DNA of 64,000 nucleotides from an uncultured Verrucomicrobiales bacterium (GCA_937885815.1 CALABM010000065.1:30710-94709); one strand, 5' to 3'. Positions 27,685 to 38,364 are shown, counted from the stretch's first letter. The notes: generated by a model not told the origin, from the sequence alone. Translations and numbers: made by a program.

Positions 27685-29532
27685 TCAACTTTCATTGAGC
27701 ATACGATTAAGCTCAGCCACAAGAGAAAGGTCTTCCGGGCTGACATTACCACTGCTGATGCGGGCCTTGATAATATCTATGCGCGCCCGGACAGCCTCGC
27801 GGGCTACGTGGGAACAGGCCTGCTGAACGGCAGTATGAGCGTCTGCCAGTTCTCGAGGTTCGTTGCTGATTTTCCGGATGGCTGCCTGTTGCTCAGGCGG
27901 CAGCGCAGAGGCAAATCGTTCCCAAGCTTGCGTGTCACCCGGAACGGGCAAGACTTCCAGCATTCGCTGAAGAATAGGGCCACCGGCTAACATAGCAATG
28001 GGCTCTTGCAGCTCCTCAATGTGCTCAATGAGCGCATGCTGTACATCCGCATTCACAGCTGCAAGGCTGATGAGATCTCGCATGGCGGGGTGGAGGCGAA
28101 TAGGACGCACCCGAACCGGTGGAGCAGTAGGAGCATATTCATTGCCCGGCATGTAGGCTTCTTCCTCCTCACTGTACTCAGGAATATCTTCACGCTCAGA
28201 ACGCGAGCTGTGAGGACTTTCCTTGCGAGAACGAATGATTTCCTCTACGGTGAGGCGGAGGTCTTCCAAGCCGGTGTTCAGTCGGCTGGCGAGATCCGTC
28301 ACCGCCACTCCACGGCGGATGGTATCCCTAATTTCCGAGGCCAAATCCGCCATGCGAGGGATGAGTGCAGCACGGGCATTGGCATCACCCTGAGCAGCAC
28401 GCATTTCAATGCCGGCACGTACTTCCAGATACGGCCGGGCTTCCTCAATCGCTTGGCGAAGTGCATCTGCCCCCTGTGAACGAATGAGTGAATCCGGATC
28501 CTCTCCGGGAGGGAGGGTGGCCATGTATACCTCCAGCCCCGCAGCGGCAAGCTTGCGGAATGTTTTCTCGCTGGCCTTAATACCGGCGTTATCACCATCG
28601 TAACAAAGGATGGCCCGCTTGGCATATTTGCGCAGCATGGCGGCATGTTCATCCGTGAATGCCGTGCCGAGGCCGGCCACGGCATTGCGGATATCAGCCT
28701 TCTCATGGCAGGCAATAACATCCAGCTGACCTTCACAGACAACCACCGTCATGCCAGCCTTCCCAATCGGGCCGGTCGCTTTCCAGAGCCCGAACAGGAG
28801 CTCGCCCTTGCGGAAGGCTACCGTCTCAGCTGTATTCACATACTTGCGTGGGTCTTGCCCCTCCGCCATAATACGCCCGGAGAACCCCACTACTTCGCCT
28901 CGCACGTTATGAATGGGGAACATAAGGCGGTCTCGGAAAACAGGATACGTGCCGCGAGGACTCGTCCCAAGCAGGTAAGCTTCTGTAAGAATACGGGGCT
29001 CCACATTAGCTGCTCCTGCCAGCTGCTGCAAGGGACGAAAATCAGGGGGAGCCCAGCCGAGCTGCCATGCTTTGGCGATATCGATATTAAACTCACGCTG
29101 CTTCAGGTAGGCGCGCACATGGTCAGCCTCTTTGCTGCGGCAAAGCTGGCGATGGTAGTAATCCGCGGCGAGACTATTCACCTCCACCACACGGCTACGA
29201 AGCCAGCGGCGGCGAGCCATTTCCGGGTTCTCTTCCTCCTCGACCACAGGTATTCCGTAAATATCCGCCACGCGCCTCAGCGCGGTGGGATAGTCGAGGT
29301 TCTCAAACATCATGATGAACTTCACCGCATCACCGCCCACGCCACAGCCAAAGCACTTAAATGTTTGGCGTGCCGGATTCACACTGAAGGATGGAGTCTT
29401 CTCATTGTGGAAGGGGCAGCATGCCTTCCACGCATTACCTGCGCGCCGAAGTTGAATGTAGCGCCCCACGATGTCCACCACATCGGCGGCATCCTTGATT
29501 CGCGCTACACACTCTTCAGTAATTCGCGGCAT
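27685..29532 (-). CDS. dnaG: DNA primase
   Basis: 615 aa. Zn finger CPFHNEKTPSF...CFGCG. TOPRIM contexts VVVCEGQLD and YDGDNAG. Confidence 0.9.
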   Translation of the reverse strand: MPRITEECVARIKDAADVVDIVGRYIQLRRAGNAWKACCPFHNEKTPSFSVNPARQTFKCFGCGVGGDAVKFIMMFENLDYPTALRRVADIYGIPVVEEEENPEMARRRWLRSRVVEVNSLAADYYHRQLCRSKEADHVRAYLKQREFNIDIAKAWQLGWAPPDFRPLQQLAGAANVEPRILTEAYLLGTSPRGTYPVFRDRLMFPIHNVRGEVVGFSGRIMAEGQDPRKYVNTAETVAFRKGELLFGLWKATGPIGKAGMTVVVCEGQLDVIACHEKADIRNAVAGLGTAFTDEHAAMLRKYAKRAILCYDGDNAGIKASEKTFRKLAAAGLEVYMATLPPGEDPDSLIRSQGADALRQAIEEARPYLEVRAGIEMRAAQGDANARAALIPRMADLASEIRDTIRRGVAVTDLASRLNTGLEDLRLTVEEIIRSRKESPHSSRSEREDIPEYSEEEEAYMPGNEYAPTAPPVRVRPIRLHPAMRDLISLAAVNADVQHALIEHIEELQEPIAMLAGGPILQRMLEVLPVPGDTQAWERFASALPPEQQAAIRKISNEPRELADAHTAVQQACSHVAREAVRARIDIIKARISSGNVSPEDLSLVAELNRMLNES

Positions 29533-29539
29533 GCAAAAA

Positions 29540-30847
29540 TCAGCTGATAAGAGTATCTAAATGCTGAACAAAGCTGGGATAGGACGTGTTGATATTCGCG
29601 CAGTTCAGCAGCGTTGTCTCGCCGGAAGCGTTCAATCCGGCCATCAGGAAGCCCATGGCAATGCGGTGGTCGTGGTAGCTATCCATCACAGCCCCATGAA
29701 GAGGAGCACCGCCGGTAATGACCATACCGTCCTCAAACTCTTCTACAACAGCTCCCATTGCGCGGAGATTGTTGACGGTGGTAGAAATGCGGTCGCTTTC
29801 CTTCACGCGCAGCTCAGCCGCATTGCGAATAGTGGTGTTACCTTCAGCGAAGGCTGCAGCCACGGCCAGCACGGGAATTTCATCAATGAGATTCGGGATT
29901 TCACTCTTCTGGATTTCCGTGCCGACAAGGCGTGTAGCCGTACGGACGGTGACATCACCAAAGGGTTCGCCCTCCTCCTGAGTGACTGAGATGTTGATAT
30001 CAGCACCCATGCGGCGAAGAACATCAATAATGGCGGTTCGGGTGGGGTTCAAGCCGACGTGTCGGAGCGTGATGTCGCTGTTCGGCACCACGCTGGCAGC
30101 CACCAGCCAGAAGGCAGCGGATGAAATGTCACCGGGGATGATAATGTCCTTAGCCGTGATACGGGCAGGGCCTTGCGTGGAGATATCGAGTCCGTCCTCC
30201 GACACCTTGCAGGGTACACCGAAGTGAGCGAACAGGCGCTCGGTATGGTCGCGCGTTATGGAGGGCTGATGAACGGATGTTTCACCGGGAGTAAGCATAC
30301 CGGCAAGAAGCACCGCACTCTTCACTTGCGCGCTGGCCATGGGCAAGTCGTAATGGACAGGCTTAAGAGCGCAGCCTTCAATGCTAAGCGGTGCGCAGCC
30401 CGGTTTTTCACCGCAAGCCGTAATGCGGGCTCCCATCAGGGCGAGAGGGTCAATAATTCGCTTCATCGGGCGGCTGCTCAATGAGGGGTCACCATACATT
30501 CGGCTATTGAACGGAAGGGCAGCCATCACACCGGCCATCAGGCGCATGCCGGTGCCGGAGTTTCCGCAGTCAATGTCCTTGGCCGGAGCTACCGGCTGCA
30601 TAGCAGTGCCGGTCAGCGTGAAGTTTTCCGGTGCATCTCCGGGAGTAACAGTAGCGCCCAGCTGCTGCATGGCGCGCAGCGTGTTCATGCAGTCCTCACT
30701 GCAGAGGTAGTTCTGCACCTTCATGGCTCCCTCGGCCAAGGCTCCGAGAATAGCAACACGGTGGGAAATGCTCTTGTCTCCCGGCACAGTTATCGTGCCG
30801 CGCAGGCCATTCTCAGCCTTGCGAACGGTAATGGTATCAATTGACAT
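29540..30847 (-). CDS. aroA: 3-phosphoshikimate 1-carboxyvinyltransferase (EPSP synthase)
   Basis: 435 aa. Contexts CGNSGTGMRL and RVKESDR. Confidence 0.92.
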   Translation of the reverse strand: MSIDTITVRKAENGLRGTITVPGDKSISHRVAILGALAEGAMKVQNYLCSEDCMNTLRAMQQLGATVTPGDAPENFTLTGTAMQPVAPAKDIDCGNSGTGMRLMAGVMAALPFNSRMYGDPSLSSRPMKRIIDPLALMGARITACGEKPGCAPLSIEGCALKPVHYDLPMASAQVKSAVLLAGMLTPGETSVHQPSITRDHTERLFAHFGVPCKVSEDGLDISTQGPARITAKDIIIPGDISSAAFWLVAASVVPNSDITLRHVGLNPTRTAIIDVLRRMGADINISVTQEEGEPFGDVTVRTATRLVGTEIQKSEIPNLIDEIPVLAVAAAFAEGNTTIRNAAELRVKESDRISTTVNNLRAMGAVVEEFEDGMVITGGAPLHGAVMDSYHDHRIAMGFLMAGLNASGETTLLNCANINTSYPSFVQHLDTLIS

Positions 30848-31868
30848 TGGTCTGAATGCGTTTTTTTGTAAATCCTTCGCGCACAGCGGCGGTAAACCAT
30901 GCGGTAAGAGCCTGCTCCCGCTTCACACTTTCCATGGAGGAGCGGATACTCGCGCGGCACTCTTCAAGTGTAAGCTCGCGTGCCGGTGTAATCTCATCTG
31001 CCAGCAGGATGTGCCAGCCCCAGCGGCTCTGTGCCAGAGTGGGTACCCCGGCAGGTATGGCATTATCTCCGAAAAGGGGGAGCTCTGAGAGAGGTCTTTC
31101 TGCTGTATCCGTTATAATCCCAAGCTCACCCCCCTGAGGAGCCGTACGGGCGTCATCGCTATGTGCGCGTGCCAGTTCGGCAAAATCTTCACCAGCCTGG
31201 AGACGGCTGAGAATGCCTTCAGCTTTCTGCTGCACAGCGGAGGCCTCCTGATGAAGCGAGGCACAGAAGATGTGGCGCACGCGGCGAGTAGCCGGAGCAG
31301 GCAGCTCGGATTTCAGCTGATTAAATACGCGCTCCACTTCCTCATCAGTCACAACGCAATGAGGTGCTATAGCCTTTTCCAGCAATGCGGCAGAACGCAG
31401 GGAAACTTCCAGTCTATCCGTGTATTGCTCGCGGTTAGTATACCCCTGACTGCGCAACCACGCATCAAACTGCTCAGGCGTGCGAGCACGAGAAGCGAGG
31501 CGAGCTACCTCAGCTTCAGCAAGCTCACGGAAATGCGGCAGACGTGTGTCATTATAGCGAGTGCGGATAAGCAGCAGCTTCGCTCTCACAAGCTCCATGA
31601 GCATGGAGGCACGCCTAGCGGCCTGAGGCGCAGAGCGACCGGCAAGTGCATCCTGTTCAGCTTCGTGGCGGTTCAGCTGAGCCCGGGTGATAGGTTCGCC
31701 ATACACCACAGCCACAAGCTCATCCGGGGCCGGTGCCACTGGGCGATTTCCATACATAAAATGCCACAGCGGGCCATGCCATGCCAGCAAATCAATGCCG
31801 AGGTACAGCAGAATAGCGCCAAAAACGGTCAGCTTTATGGTGTTGAACTTGAGGGAGGAAAGCTTCAC
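30837..31868 (-). CDS. membrane-anchored parvulin-type peptidyl-prolyl isomerase (SurA/PrsA-like)
   Basis: 343 aa. N-terminal TM helix. PpiC domain contexts RVRHIF, GGELG and WGWHIL. GTG start. Confidence 0.7.
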   Translation of the reverse strand: MKLSSLKFNTIKLTVFGAILLYLGIDLLAWHGPLWHFMYGNRPVAPAPDELVAVVYGEPITRAQLNRHEAEQDALAGRSAPQAARRASMLMELVRAKLLLIRTRYNDTRLPHFRELAEAEVARLASRARTPEQFDAWLRSQGYTNREQYTDRLEVSLRSAALLEKAIAPHCVVTDEEVERVFNQLKSELPAPATRRVRHIFCASLHQEASAVQQKAEGILSRLQAGEDFAELARAHSDDARTAPQGGELGIITDTAERPLSELPLFGDNAIPAGVPTLAQSRWGWHILLADEITPARELTLEECRASIRSSMESVKREQALTAWFTAAVREGFTKKRIQTNVN

Positions 31869-31939
31869 GCGGCCATTCTACAGATTTTTAATCGTCTTTG
31901 CAACCAAAAAGCACGCCAGCTAAAGGCGTTTCGGTGCGC

Positions 31940-32629
31940 CTAATCTTCGCTGGAATCATGCACGGGCAGCATGAGCAGGCGCAGCAAAGCCAGCACGGGC
32001 AGCTGAGCCCAGAGATAATACCACGGCGCAGGCCCTAAATAGTCCAGCAGAGTACCATCCACCGGAACACCCTGTGTGTAGCCGTAATTCGTATTCAGCC
32101 AGAGGTTAATCGGATGCACCAGCAGCACGTAGGCATCCATCAGGAGCAGGGTCTTCAAGTCATCCCAGCCTCGGGCACGCCAGCCAAGCAGAAGCGGAAT
32201 GGAAAGCGCCACCACCAGCAGTAAACTGTGGGCCACGAAGAAAACAAAGAAAGCCATGCTCGGGTACCCATTTGCCATGGCCGGAGTGATAAGCCCCTGA
32301 ATGCTGCCGGCCAGCACCCCAAAATACACAACTGTACAGGCCCAGCGCACACGCCACCAAAGCGCAATGAACGCAAACACGCTCATGAACGAACAGAAAT
32401 GCAGCGGAAGGTTGTACTCCCATGGGCCGTAATCATCAGAAAACGCCCGCCAAATGAACTCGCTCACCAGCTGAAAAAGTACCACCGCGCCCAGTACACG
32501 GCAGAGAATAAAACGCCCCGCCTCCTTCATTCTCCTCCCAAGCCACAGGACGAGAGCCGCCACAAGTACAGTGAGGATAAGCGCGATAATATGAGGCGCA
32601 GACCAGCGAATGAAAGGGATGTATTCCAT
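31940..32629 (-). CDS. polytopic membrane protein, paralog A of a tandem pair (TP0381/YwaF-like, unverified)
   Basis: 229 aa. Shares LPLHFC, IALWWR, VYFGVL, HSLLL, LGWRAR, NLWL and LGPAPWYYLW with the adjacent gene. Confidence 0.6.
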   Translation of the reverse strand: MEYIPFIRWSAPHIIALILTVLVAALVLWLGRRMKEAGRFILCRVLGAVVLFQLVSEFIWRAFSDDYGPWEYNLPLHFCSFMSVFAFIALWWRVRWACTVVYFGVLAGSIQGLITPAMANGYPSMAFFVFFVAHSLLLVVALSIPLLLGWRARGWDDLKTLLLMDAYVLLVHPINLWLNTNYGYTQGVPVDGTLLDYLGPAPWYYLWAQLPVLALLRLLMLPVHDSSED

Positions 32630-33337
32630 TTATGAAAGGGTGGGTTCAGACTTTTTTCTGACGAACAGGTACATCAGCAGGAAAAGGCAAAGAGCGGGCA
32701 CGTCCAGCCAAAGGTAATACCACGGAGCGGGCCCCAGCGAGGCCAGAATGGTACCGCGCGGGCCTTCTGTCGTAAAGCCATAATTCGACCCCAGCCAGAG
32801 GTTAACTGGGTGAATGCAGCAAATGTAGACATTCATCAGCAGTAGAGCCACAAAAGGATCTTTCAAACGAGCCCGCCACCCCAGCACAATGACCTGCAGC
32901 AGCGCTGTTATCAGAAGGAGACTGTGCGACGTGAAGAAAATGAAAAAAGGAATACTCGGAAAATCTTCTTTCAGCACCGGGGTGAAAATTGCCTGAATAC
33001 TGGCACCCAGCACCCCGAAATAGACAAGCGAACAGGCCCAAGAACACCGCCACCATAAAGCAATGACGCATATGATACTCATGATGGCACAAAAGTGCAG
33101 AGGCAGCATCTGATTTTCTAAAAAAGCCTCCGGTCCATAATGGCAAAACTTCCACGTAAACTCAAACACGTAAAAGGCTGCAATCAGTAGCCCGAAGCGG
33201 CGCGCATAATATACCCGATTCTCGGAAGATAAGCGCAGCCCATACCATATCAGAGCCGTTGTGACAAGCGCGATTACACCCACCGTTATCAGGTGGGTTG
33301 CAGACCACATTACAAAGGGCGGATATGAAGCGTTCAT
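32630..33337 (-). CDS. polytopic membrane protein, paralog B of a tandem pair
   Basis: 235 aa. Same motif set as paralog A. Its stop abuts the paralog A start codon, and its start overlaps the transporter gene's stop (ATGA). Confidence 0.6.
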   Translation of the reverse strand: MNASYPPFVMWSATHLITVGVIALVTTALIWYGLRLSSENRVYYARRFGLLIAAFYVFEFTWKFCHYGPEAFLENQMLPLHFCAIMSIICVIALWWRCSWACSLVYFGVLGASIQAIFTPVLKEDFPSIPFFIFFTSHSLLLITALLQVIVLGWRARLKDPFVALLLMNVYICCIHPVNLWLGSNYGFTTEGPRGTILASLGPAPWYYLWLDVPALCLFLLMYLFVRKKSEPTLS

Positions 33338-34320
33338 GAATTGTTCTGAGCTTTAAGATGCCAGATTCGGGCCAGCTGAGCACAGGCCATAAGCTGCACC
33401 TGATGAAATACCATGAGCGGGAGCAGGAGGTTATTATCAAGCTTACCGAAGATGGCCAGCATCATGGGAGCTCCGACAGCAAGACTTTTCTTGGATCCAC
33501 AAAAGACGATGGTGATGCGGTCCTCACGGTTGAAGCCCATCCAGCGGCTGCTGTAGTAGGTGGCAGCAAAGGTAATGCAGAGGAAAATACTGCACACGAG
33601 AATGAGCCCGAGAAGATAGTGAAGCTCCAGCTGCTGCCAGTACCCGTTTGCCGTGGCATTGGAGAAGGAGGTGTAGATTACTAGCCAGATAGTCCCCTGA
33701 TCATTCCACTTGATGAGCGACTTATGCTCGGACACCCAGTTCCGCAGCCAACGCTGGCTGAGCTGCCCCAGGATAAAGGGTATCAGAATCTGATAACAGA
33801 TTTTTAAGATAGTGTCCAGCCCCACAGCAGCCCCGGAGGATGAAGCCTGAGAGAAAAGGAGCCCCACCAGAAAGGGCGTGAGAAATACACCCAGTAGGCT
33901 GGAGACAGAGGCAGAACATACAGCAGCCGGCACATTACCACCGGCCACAGCCGTAAAGGCGATACTGCTCTGCACAGTAGAAGGCAGGCAGGCCACATAA
34001 ATGAGCCCCATGTACAATGCACTGCCTACCAGCGGTTCAAACAGAGGGCTCAACAGAGGCATGAGCACCGGGAAGAAAATGAAGGTGAAGAAAAACACCA
34101 TCAGCTGCAACCGCCAGTTCAGCAGGCCTGCAATGACGCTCTCGCGAGATAGCTTCACCCCGTACAGGTAGAACAGCAGAACGATAGCGGCATTTGTGAG
34201 CCAGTCAAAGACTGCGGCAGTCGTCCCCGCGCAAGGAAGAAAAAGCCCCAAAATCACACTAAGGATGATTCCGGTGGTGAAGCGGTCTGCGCGCGAGAAA
34301 ATTTTCTGCCAGAGGTTCAT
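33334..34320 (-). CDS. bile acid:Na+ symporter (BASS/YfeH-like) family transporter
   Basis: About 10 TM helices. The first ATG at 34320 gives MNLWQKIF; the track start is TTG. Confidence 0.7.
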   Translation of the reverse strand: MNLWQKIFSRADRFTTGIILSVILGLFLPCAGTTAAVFDWLTNAAIVLLFYLYGVKLSRESVIAGLLNWRLQLMVFFFTFIFFPVLMPLLSPLFEPLVGSALYMGLIYVACLPSTVQSSIAFTAVAGGNVPAAVCSASVSSLLGVFLTPFLVGLLFSQASSSGAAVGLDTILKICYQILIPFILGQLSQRWLRNWVSEHKSLIKWNDQGTIWLVIYTSFSNATANGYWQQLELHYLLGLILVCSIFLCITFAATYYSSRWMGFNREDRITIVFCGSKKSLAVGAPMMLAIFGKLDNNLLLPLMVFHQVQLMACAQLARIWHLKAQNNS

Positions 34321-34359
34321 GCGGGGGCTATTGTAACACAAAAGAGCATGTAGGCAAGC

Positions 34360-36636
34360 TTAAACACCCTCGGCCTCAGGAGGTGGGGCCGGAGCGAAGT
34401 CCACAAAACAGGAAGCCATATCCACATTCACCGGGATAACCTCAATACGGTCACCGGGGAGAAAAGAACGACCATCCGTGGAGCTCCAGCGGCGGCTGTG
34501 ATTTTCAAACCACCAGCGCGCACCGAGAGTATCCGGTAAGTCGCCACCGGAAATAAACCCACGCATCTGCAGCTCCGGGATTTCTACAGCAAGCCCCTGC
34601 GGATACGTATCCGTGATGACGGCACTCCAGCGGCGAGGATTTGGATTCTCGCATTCTGCGGCAAGATAGAGAGCAAGCTTAGTTCTGTGCGCCTCTTTCT
34701 CTGCGGCAGCTGAGTTTCTTTCCGTTTCAGAAATGTGCTCCGCGATTTCGGCTAGGCGGGCAGGGGGTGGGAGCTGAGTGCGGGCATGTTTACCCTGTGC
34801 CAACTTGGCAAAACCCCGGTGAACGATGAGGTCCGCATATCGGCGGATGGGGCTGGTGAAGTGGCAGTAATCCCCCTTGGCCAGACCGAAGTGGCCGAGC
34901 GCCTTGGTGGCGTAGCGAGCACGCATCATGGAACGCAGCAGGGCCACAGTAAGAATCTGCTCATCGGCATGGCCTTTGATAGCCGCAGCCACACGGCTGA
35001 GCTCCTCACGGGAGTTCAGCGCACCGGCGGCGATGCCGTAACTGCGTGCCGTGAGTGCAAAGGCATGGAGCTTTGAAGGGTCGGGCTCTTCATGCACACG
35101 ATAAATAGTGGGCACAAGGGCGGCTTTCAACGCAGAGGCGACTGCTTCATTTGCCGCGAGCATGAACTCTTCAATCATCTGGTGAGCGATATCATGGCTC
35201 TCTGTTTCCACCCCGAGAGGTTTACCAAAATCATCCAGAACCACGCGCAGCTCCGGCATATCCAAGTCCAAGGCACCCTGCTGCATGCGGCGCTTTCTCA
35301 GAGCGGCTGCTGTACGGTGCCCGAGGCGTAGCATCTCATCCAGCTCAGCATCACCCGTGCTATCACGGTTTTCCAGCACAGCCAGAGCTTCCGCATAACT
35401 CAGGCGAGCCCGAGAGCGGATAACAGCATCCGCAAACCGGGCATGCTTGCACTCGCCCTCAGGCGTGAGCCTCATCACGCACAGCCGGGTAGGCCGATCC
35501 ACGCCGGCACGCAGTGAACAGAGGTCATCACAAAGGCGCGGAGGGAGCATGGGAAGCACGCGGTCCGGCAGGTAGGTGGAGTTTCCACGAAGAGCGGCCT
35601 CAGCGTCCAGCGCGCTACCGGGGCGAACGTAGTAACTCACATCCGCAATGTGCACGGCAAGCTCTACATCCCCACCAGCAAGTGCCTTTAGAGAGATGGC
35701 ATCATCATAGTCGCGAGCACCGGCGGGGTCAATGGTAAGAACACAGCGTTCACGCCAGTCCTCTCGGCGGGATATCTCATCCGCAGGCAGAGATTCCGGT
35801 AAAGCAGCGGCTTCTTCCAGCACGGCAGGCGGAAACTCCGAGCGCAGTGTATAGCGGTGCATGATTGTGGTGATATCCACACCGGAATCATCCGGCCAGC
35901 CCAGCACTTGTTCAATGGTACCGGTGGCGGGCATTTTACCACGGGGATAGCTTTCCACGCGCACCGTAACAGCCATACCCACCAGAAGTTCAGGCGGCGG
36001 GGGGGCCGTAAGCATCACTTGCTCCGGAGAAGTCCTGCCATCTCCTACCATAGTGCCGAAACGCCCACCGGGTCTGTATGTACCCACCCAAGTACCACGG
36101 CGGCGCTCCAGAATCTCATCCACACGAACCTCTAAGCGAAGCTGCGCTGCATCGGGGCGAGCTTGGCGGCCTCGGCGGCGGTACGGATTAGAGCCTGTAC
36201 GCCGCAGTGATACCCGGACAATATCACCATCCATAGCACCACCATCACGGTGAGGCATAACAGGTAGCTCTATCTCGGAACACTCATTTTCCTGAACGAT
36301 GGGGCGCAGGGATTGCTGCCCGGCGCTATCAGGTATGAATAGGTATTTTCCTTCCTTAATCTTGCGGATTCGGCCCTGAAGAGCTTCCTCAGACGGAGCT
36401 CGGAGCACATAGCGTGCTTGGCGCAGCTTCAACAGCTTTCCCTTGCTCTCCCATTCACGGATGAGCGTACGCAGCGCGGCCCTGTCGCGGGAATCTATAC
36501 CAAGCCCGCGCGACAAGCCGGAGATATCCTGAGGCTCATAATCTGCGGCCTGCATGTAGGCCAGCAGCATCTCGCCCAGCTCACTGGGGTCAGAATAAAT
36601 CATTGCCGGCATTTCTAGCCCTGAGTGTTGCCGCAT
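34360..36636 (-). CDS. rnr: ribonuclease R
   Basis: RNB domain context IDPAGARDYDDAIS and a C-terminal S1-like region. The start is ambiguous (ATG at 36636, 36612 or 36603). It overlaps the 3' end of the upstream gene. Confidence 0.88.
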   Translation of the reverse strand: MRQHSGLEMPAMIYSDPSELGEMLLAYMQAADYEPQDISGLSRGLGIDSRDRAALRTLIREWESKGKLLKLRQARYVLRAPSEEALQGRIRKIKEGKYLFIPDSAGQQSLRPIVQENECSEIELPVMPHRDGGAMDGDIVRVSLRRTGSNPYRRRGRQARPDAAQLRLEVRVDEILERRRGTWVGTYRPGGRFGTMVGDGRTSPEQVMLTAPPPPELLVGMAVTVRVESYPRGKMPATGTIEQVLGWPDDSGVDITTIMHRYTLRSEFPPAVLEEAAALPESLPADEISRREDWRERCVLTIDPAGARDYDDAISLKALAGGDVELAVHIADVSYYVRPGSALDAEAALRGNSTYLPDRVLPMLPPRLCDDLCSLRAGVDRPTRLCVMRLTPEGECKHARFADAVIRSRARLSYAEALAVLENRDSTGDAELDEMLRLGHRTAAALRKRRMQQGALDLDMPELRVVLDDFGKPLGVETESHDIAHQMIEEFMLAANEAVASALKAALVPTIYRVHEEPDPSKLHAFALTARSYGIAAGALNSREELSRVAAAIKGHADEQILTVALLRSMMRARYATKALGHFGLAKGDYCHFTSPIRRYADLIVHRGFAKLAQGKHARTQLPPPARLAEIAEHISETERNSAAAEKEAHRTKLALYLAAECENPNPRRWSAVITDTYPQGLAVEIPELQMRGFISGGDLPDTLGARWWFENHSRRWSSTDGRSFLPGDRIEVIPVNVDMASCFVDFAPAPPPEAEGV

Positions 36637-37378
36637 CAAGAAGATTCATCTCCTCAACCCTTTGCCTTACATTCTTACCCTCACTGCGATCATAGGCACA
36701 TTCGCGAATCAAGCGGGCCAATTTCGCAGCCCATATGCGCAGGGCAGCGGTGCCATTGCCAACACCAGAGTATGCCTCAGATCTGAAATAGCGCGGAGCT
36801 CCGGGATTTTCATCCTTCACAGCCATCAGGAGAGCCCCGGTACGATTGTCGCGAATGGTAAGCTCCATGCAAACGTCCCCTCTGTATAGTGGGGATGCAA
36901 GAGTGGACGTCATCGGAACAGGTGACCAGTTAGAGATGACATTTGTCAGGATTCTCACACCGGGGCGCTGACGTGAGTAATGCACGATGGCCATATCCAC
37001 CTTCAAATCCGCAGCGGCAGGATTGTTCGTAAGCGTCCAGTTGGCGTGGTTAGCCTGATTCAGCTCAGTTAATGACTCGCCGAGAGATTCCAGAACAAAC
37101 TCACGCATTCTCTGCTGCATTTCAGCAGCGGCCTCAGGGTCAGTCTGCCGCACAACAGCCACATTCAAAGGTGCCACATAGATGGAACCCGTCTTCTGCT
37201 GACTGAAATGAGCCCCATTACCGCTGAACCAGAATCCCTGAAGCGGAATCTTGTAGGAGCTCTCAAGCTTCACATTGTACAAACCACTCTCGGATTCAAG
37301 AGTGTGGCCGCATGAGGCAAGCAGAATACTGCATGCCATTAACACTATGCCGGTCAAGATTCGCGTAATTTTGGTCAT
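36590..37378 (-). CDS. hypothetical lipoprotein
   Basis: 262 aa. Signal peptide with lipobox ILLASCG. Confidence 0.6.
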   Translation of the reverse strand: MTKITRILTGIVLMACSILLASCGHTLESESGLYNVKLESSYKIPLQGFWFSGNGAHFSQQKTGSIYVAPLNVAVVRQTDPEAAAEMQQRMREFVLESLGESLTELNQANHANWTLTNNPAAADLKVDMAIVHYSRQRPGVRILTNVISNWSPVPMTSTLASPLYRGDVCMELTIRDNRTGALLMAVKDENPGAPRYFRSEAYSGVGNGTAALRIWAAKLARLIRECAYDRSEGKNVRQRVEEMNLLDAATLRARNAGNDLF

Positions 37379-37594
37379 ACCTGCGCTTAATGTAGCAGTT
37401 TTTCCCGCTTTTTCAATGCTTTTTTATCATGCAATACTAAATTTCTCTTGACTTTTCAGTTCTTTAGTGGCATTCTGCGTGTCCGCTCTTTTCTTGTGAA
37501 TTGGGCGAGACAAGCCCGGCGGGTGACATACATCGCGCACCGACGTCGGATGAACGACACACAAAAACATAATTTCCAAATCATCATTACGACA

Positions 37595-38149
37595 ATGACA
37601 GATCTTACTCTTAAGGTCAGCAAGCGTGAGGTGCGTGGCACCGGTAAGCTCAATGCTCTGCGCGCTCAGGGTTACATGCCCGGCGTTGTATACGGTCCCG
37701 CCGTCAGCGAGAACATCAACATTCAGGTGAAGGTTTCTGACGTTCGCGTACTCCTTAACAGCGTGGACAGCGACAGCTTCCTCGTAAACCTTGACCTGGA
37801 TGGCACCACCATCCTTGCCATGGTGAAGGACGTGCAGCGCAACTTCCTTACCGATAACACCATGCACATGGACTTCGAGGCCGTGACCCCCGACACCGTG
37901 GTGAAGACCAAGGTAGAGGTGAAGCTCGTAGGCACCCCCGTGGGTGTTGGCATGGGTGGTGTTGTACACCAGATCGTGCACGAGGTTCCCGTGAAGTGCG
38001 CAGTGAAGGATATCCCCTGCTGCATCACCGGTGACATCACCGCCATTAAGCTGGGTGAGTCCTTCCGTCTGGGTCAGGTAGAGCTGCCCGCCAACGTGGC
38101 TACTCCCTTCAACGGTACTGTGGTGCTCGCTTCCGTTGTGAAGCCCTAA
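37595..38149 (+). CDS. rplY: 50S ribosomal protein L25 / general stress protein Ctc form
   Basis: MTDLTLKVSKREVRGTGKLNALRAQGYMPGVVYG from ATG 37595. The track start at 37448 is a TTG extension. Confidence 0.85.
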   Translation: MTDLTLKVSKREVRGTGKLNALRAQGYMPGVVYGPAVSENINIQVKVSDVRVLLNSVDSDSFLVNLDLDGTTILAMVKDVQRNFLTDNTMHMDFEAVTPDTVVKTKVEVKLVGTPVGVGMGGVVHQIVHEVPVKCAVKDIPCCITGDITAIKLGESFRLGQVELPANVATPFNGTVVLASVVKP

Positions 38150-38175
38150 TCCGCATACCCATTTGCTTTATGCGA

Positions 38176-38207
38176 GCCCCCCATCTGCACAAGATGGGGG
38201 GCTTTTT
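38176..38207 (+). terminator. rho-independent terminator of rplY
   Basis: Stem GCCCCCCATCT/AGATGGGGGGC with loop GCACA, followed by a T5 run. Confidence 0.75.
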
Positions 38208-38298
38208 CGTGCTCTAAGATAAAGGAAAGTAATCATACCTTACAGCAGGCAGGCGGAGTTCGGCATTGAGAATGCGAACCGCTTCCTTTACCCGATGC

Positions 38299-38336
38299 AA
38301 AAAAAATCGGGCAAACCCATCAAAACGGGTTTGCCC
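38299..38336 (-). terminator. rho-independent terminator of the lptF/G-like gene
   Basis: Stem GGGCAAACCC/GGGTTTGCCC. On the minus strand it is followed by a U8 run. Confidence 0.7.
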
Positions 38337-38364
38337 TGATGAATATCAAATGTGCGGAAACGCG

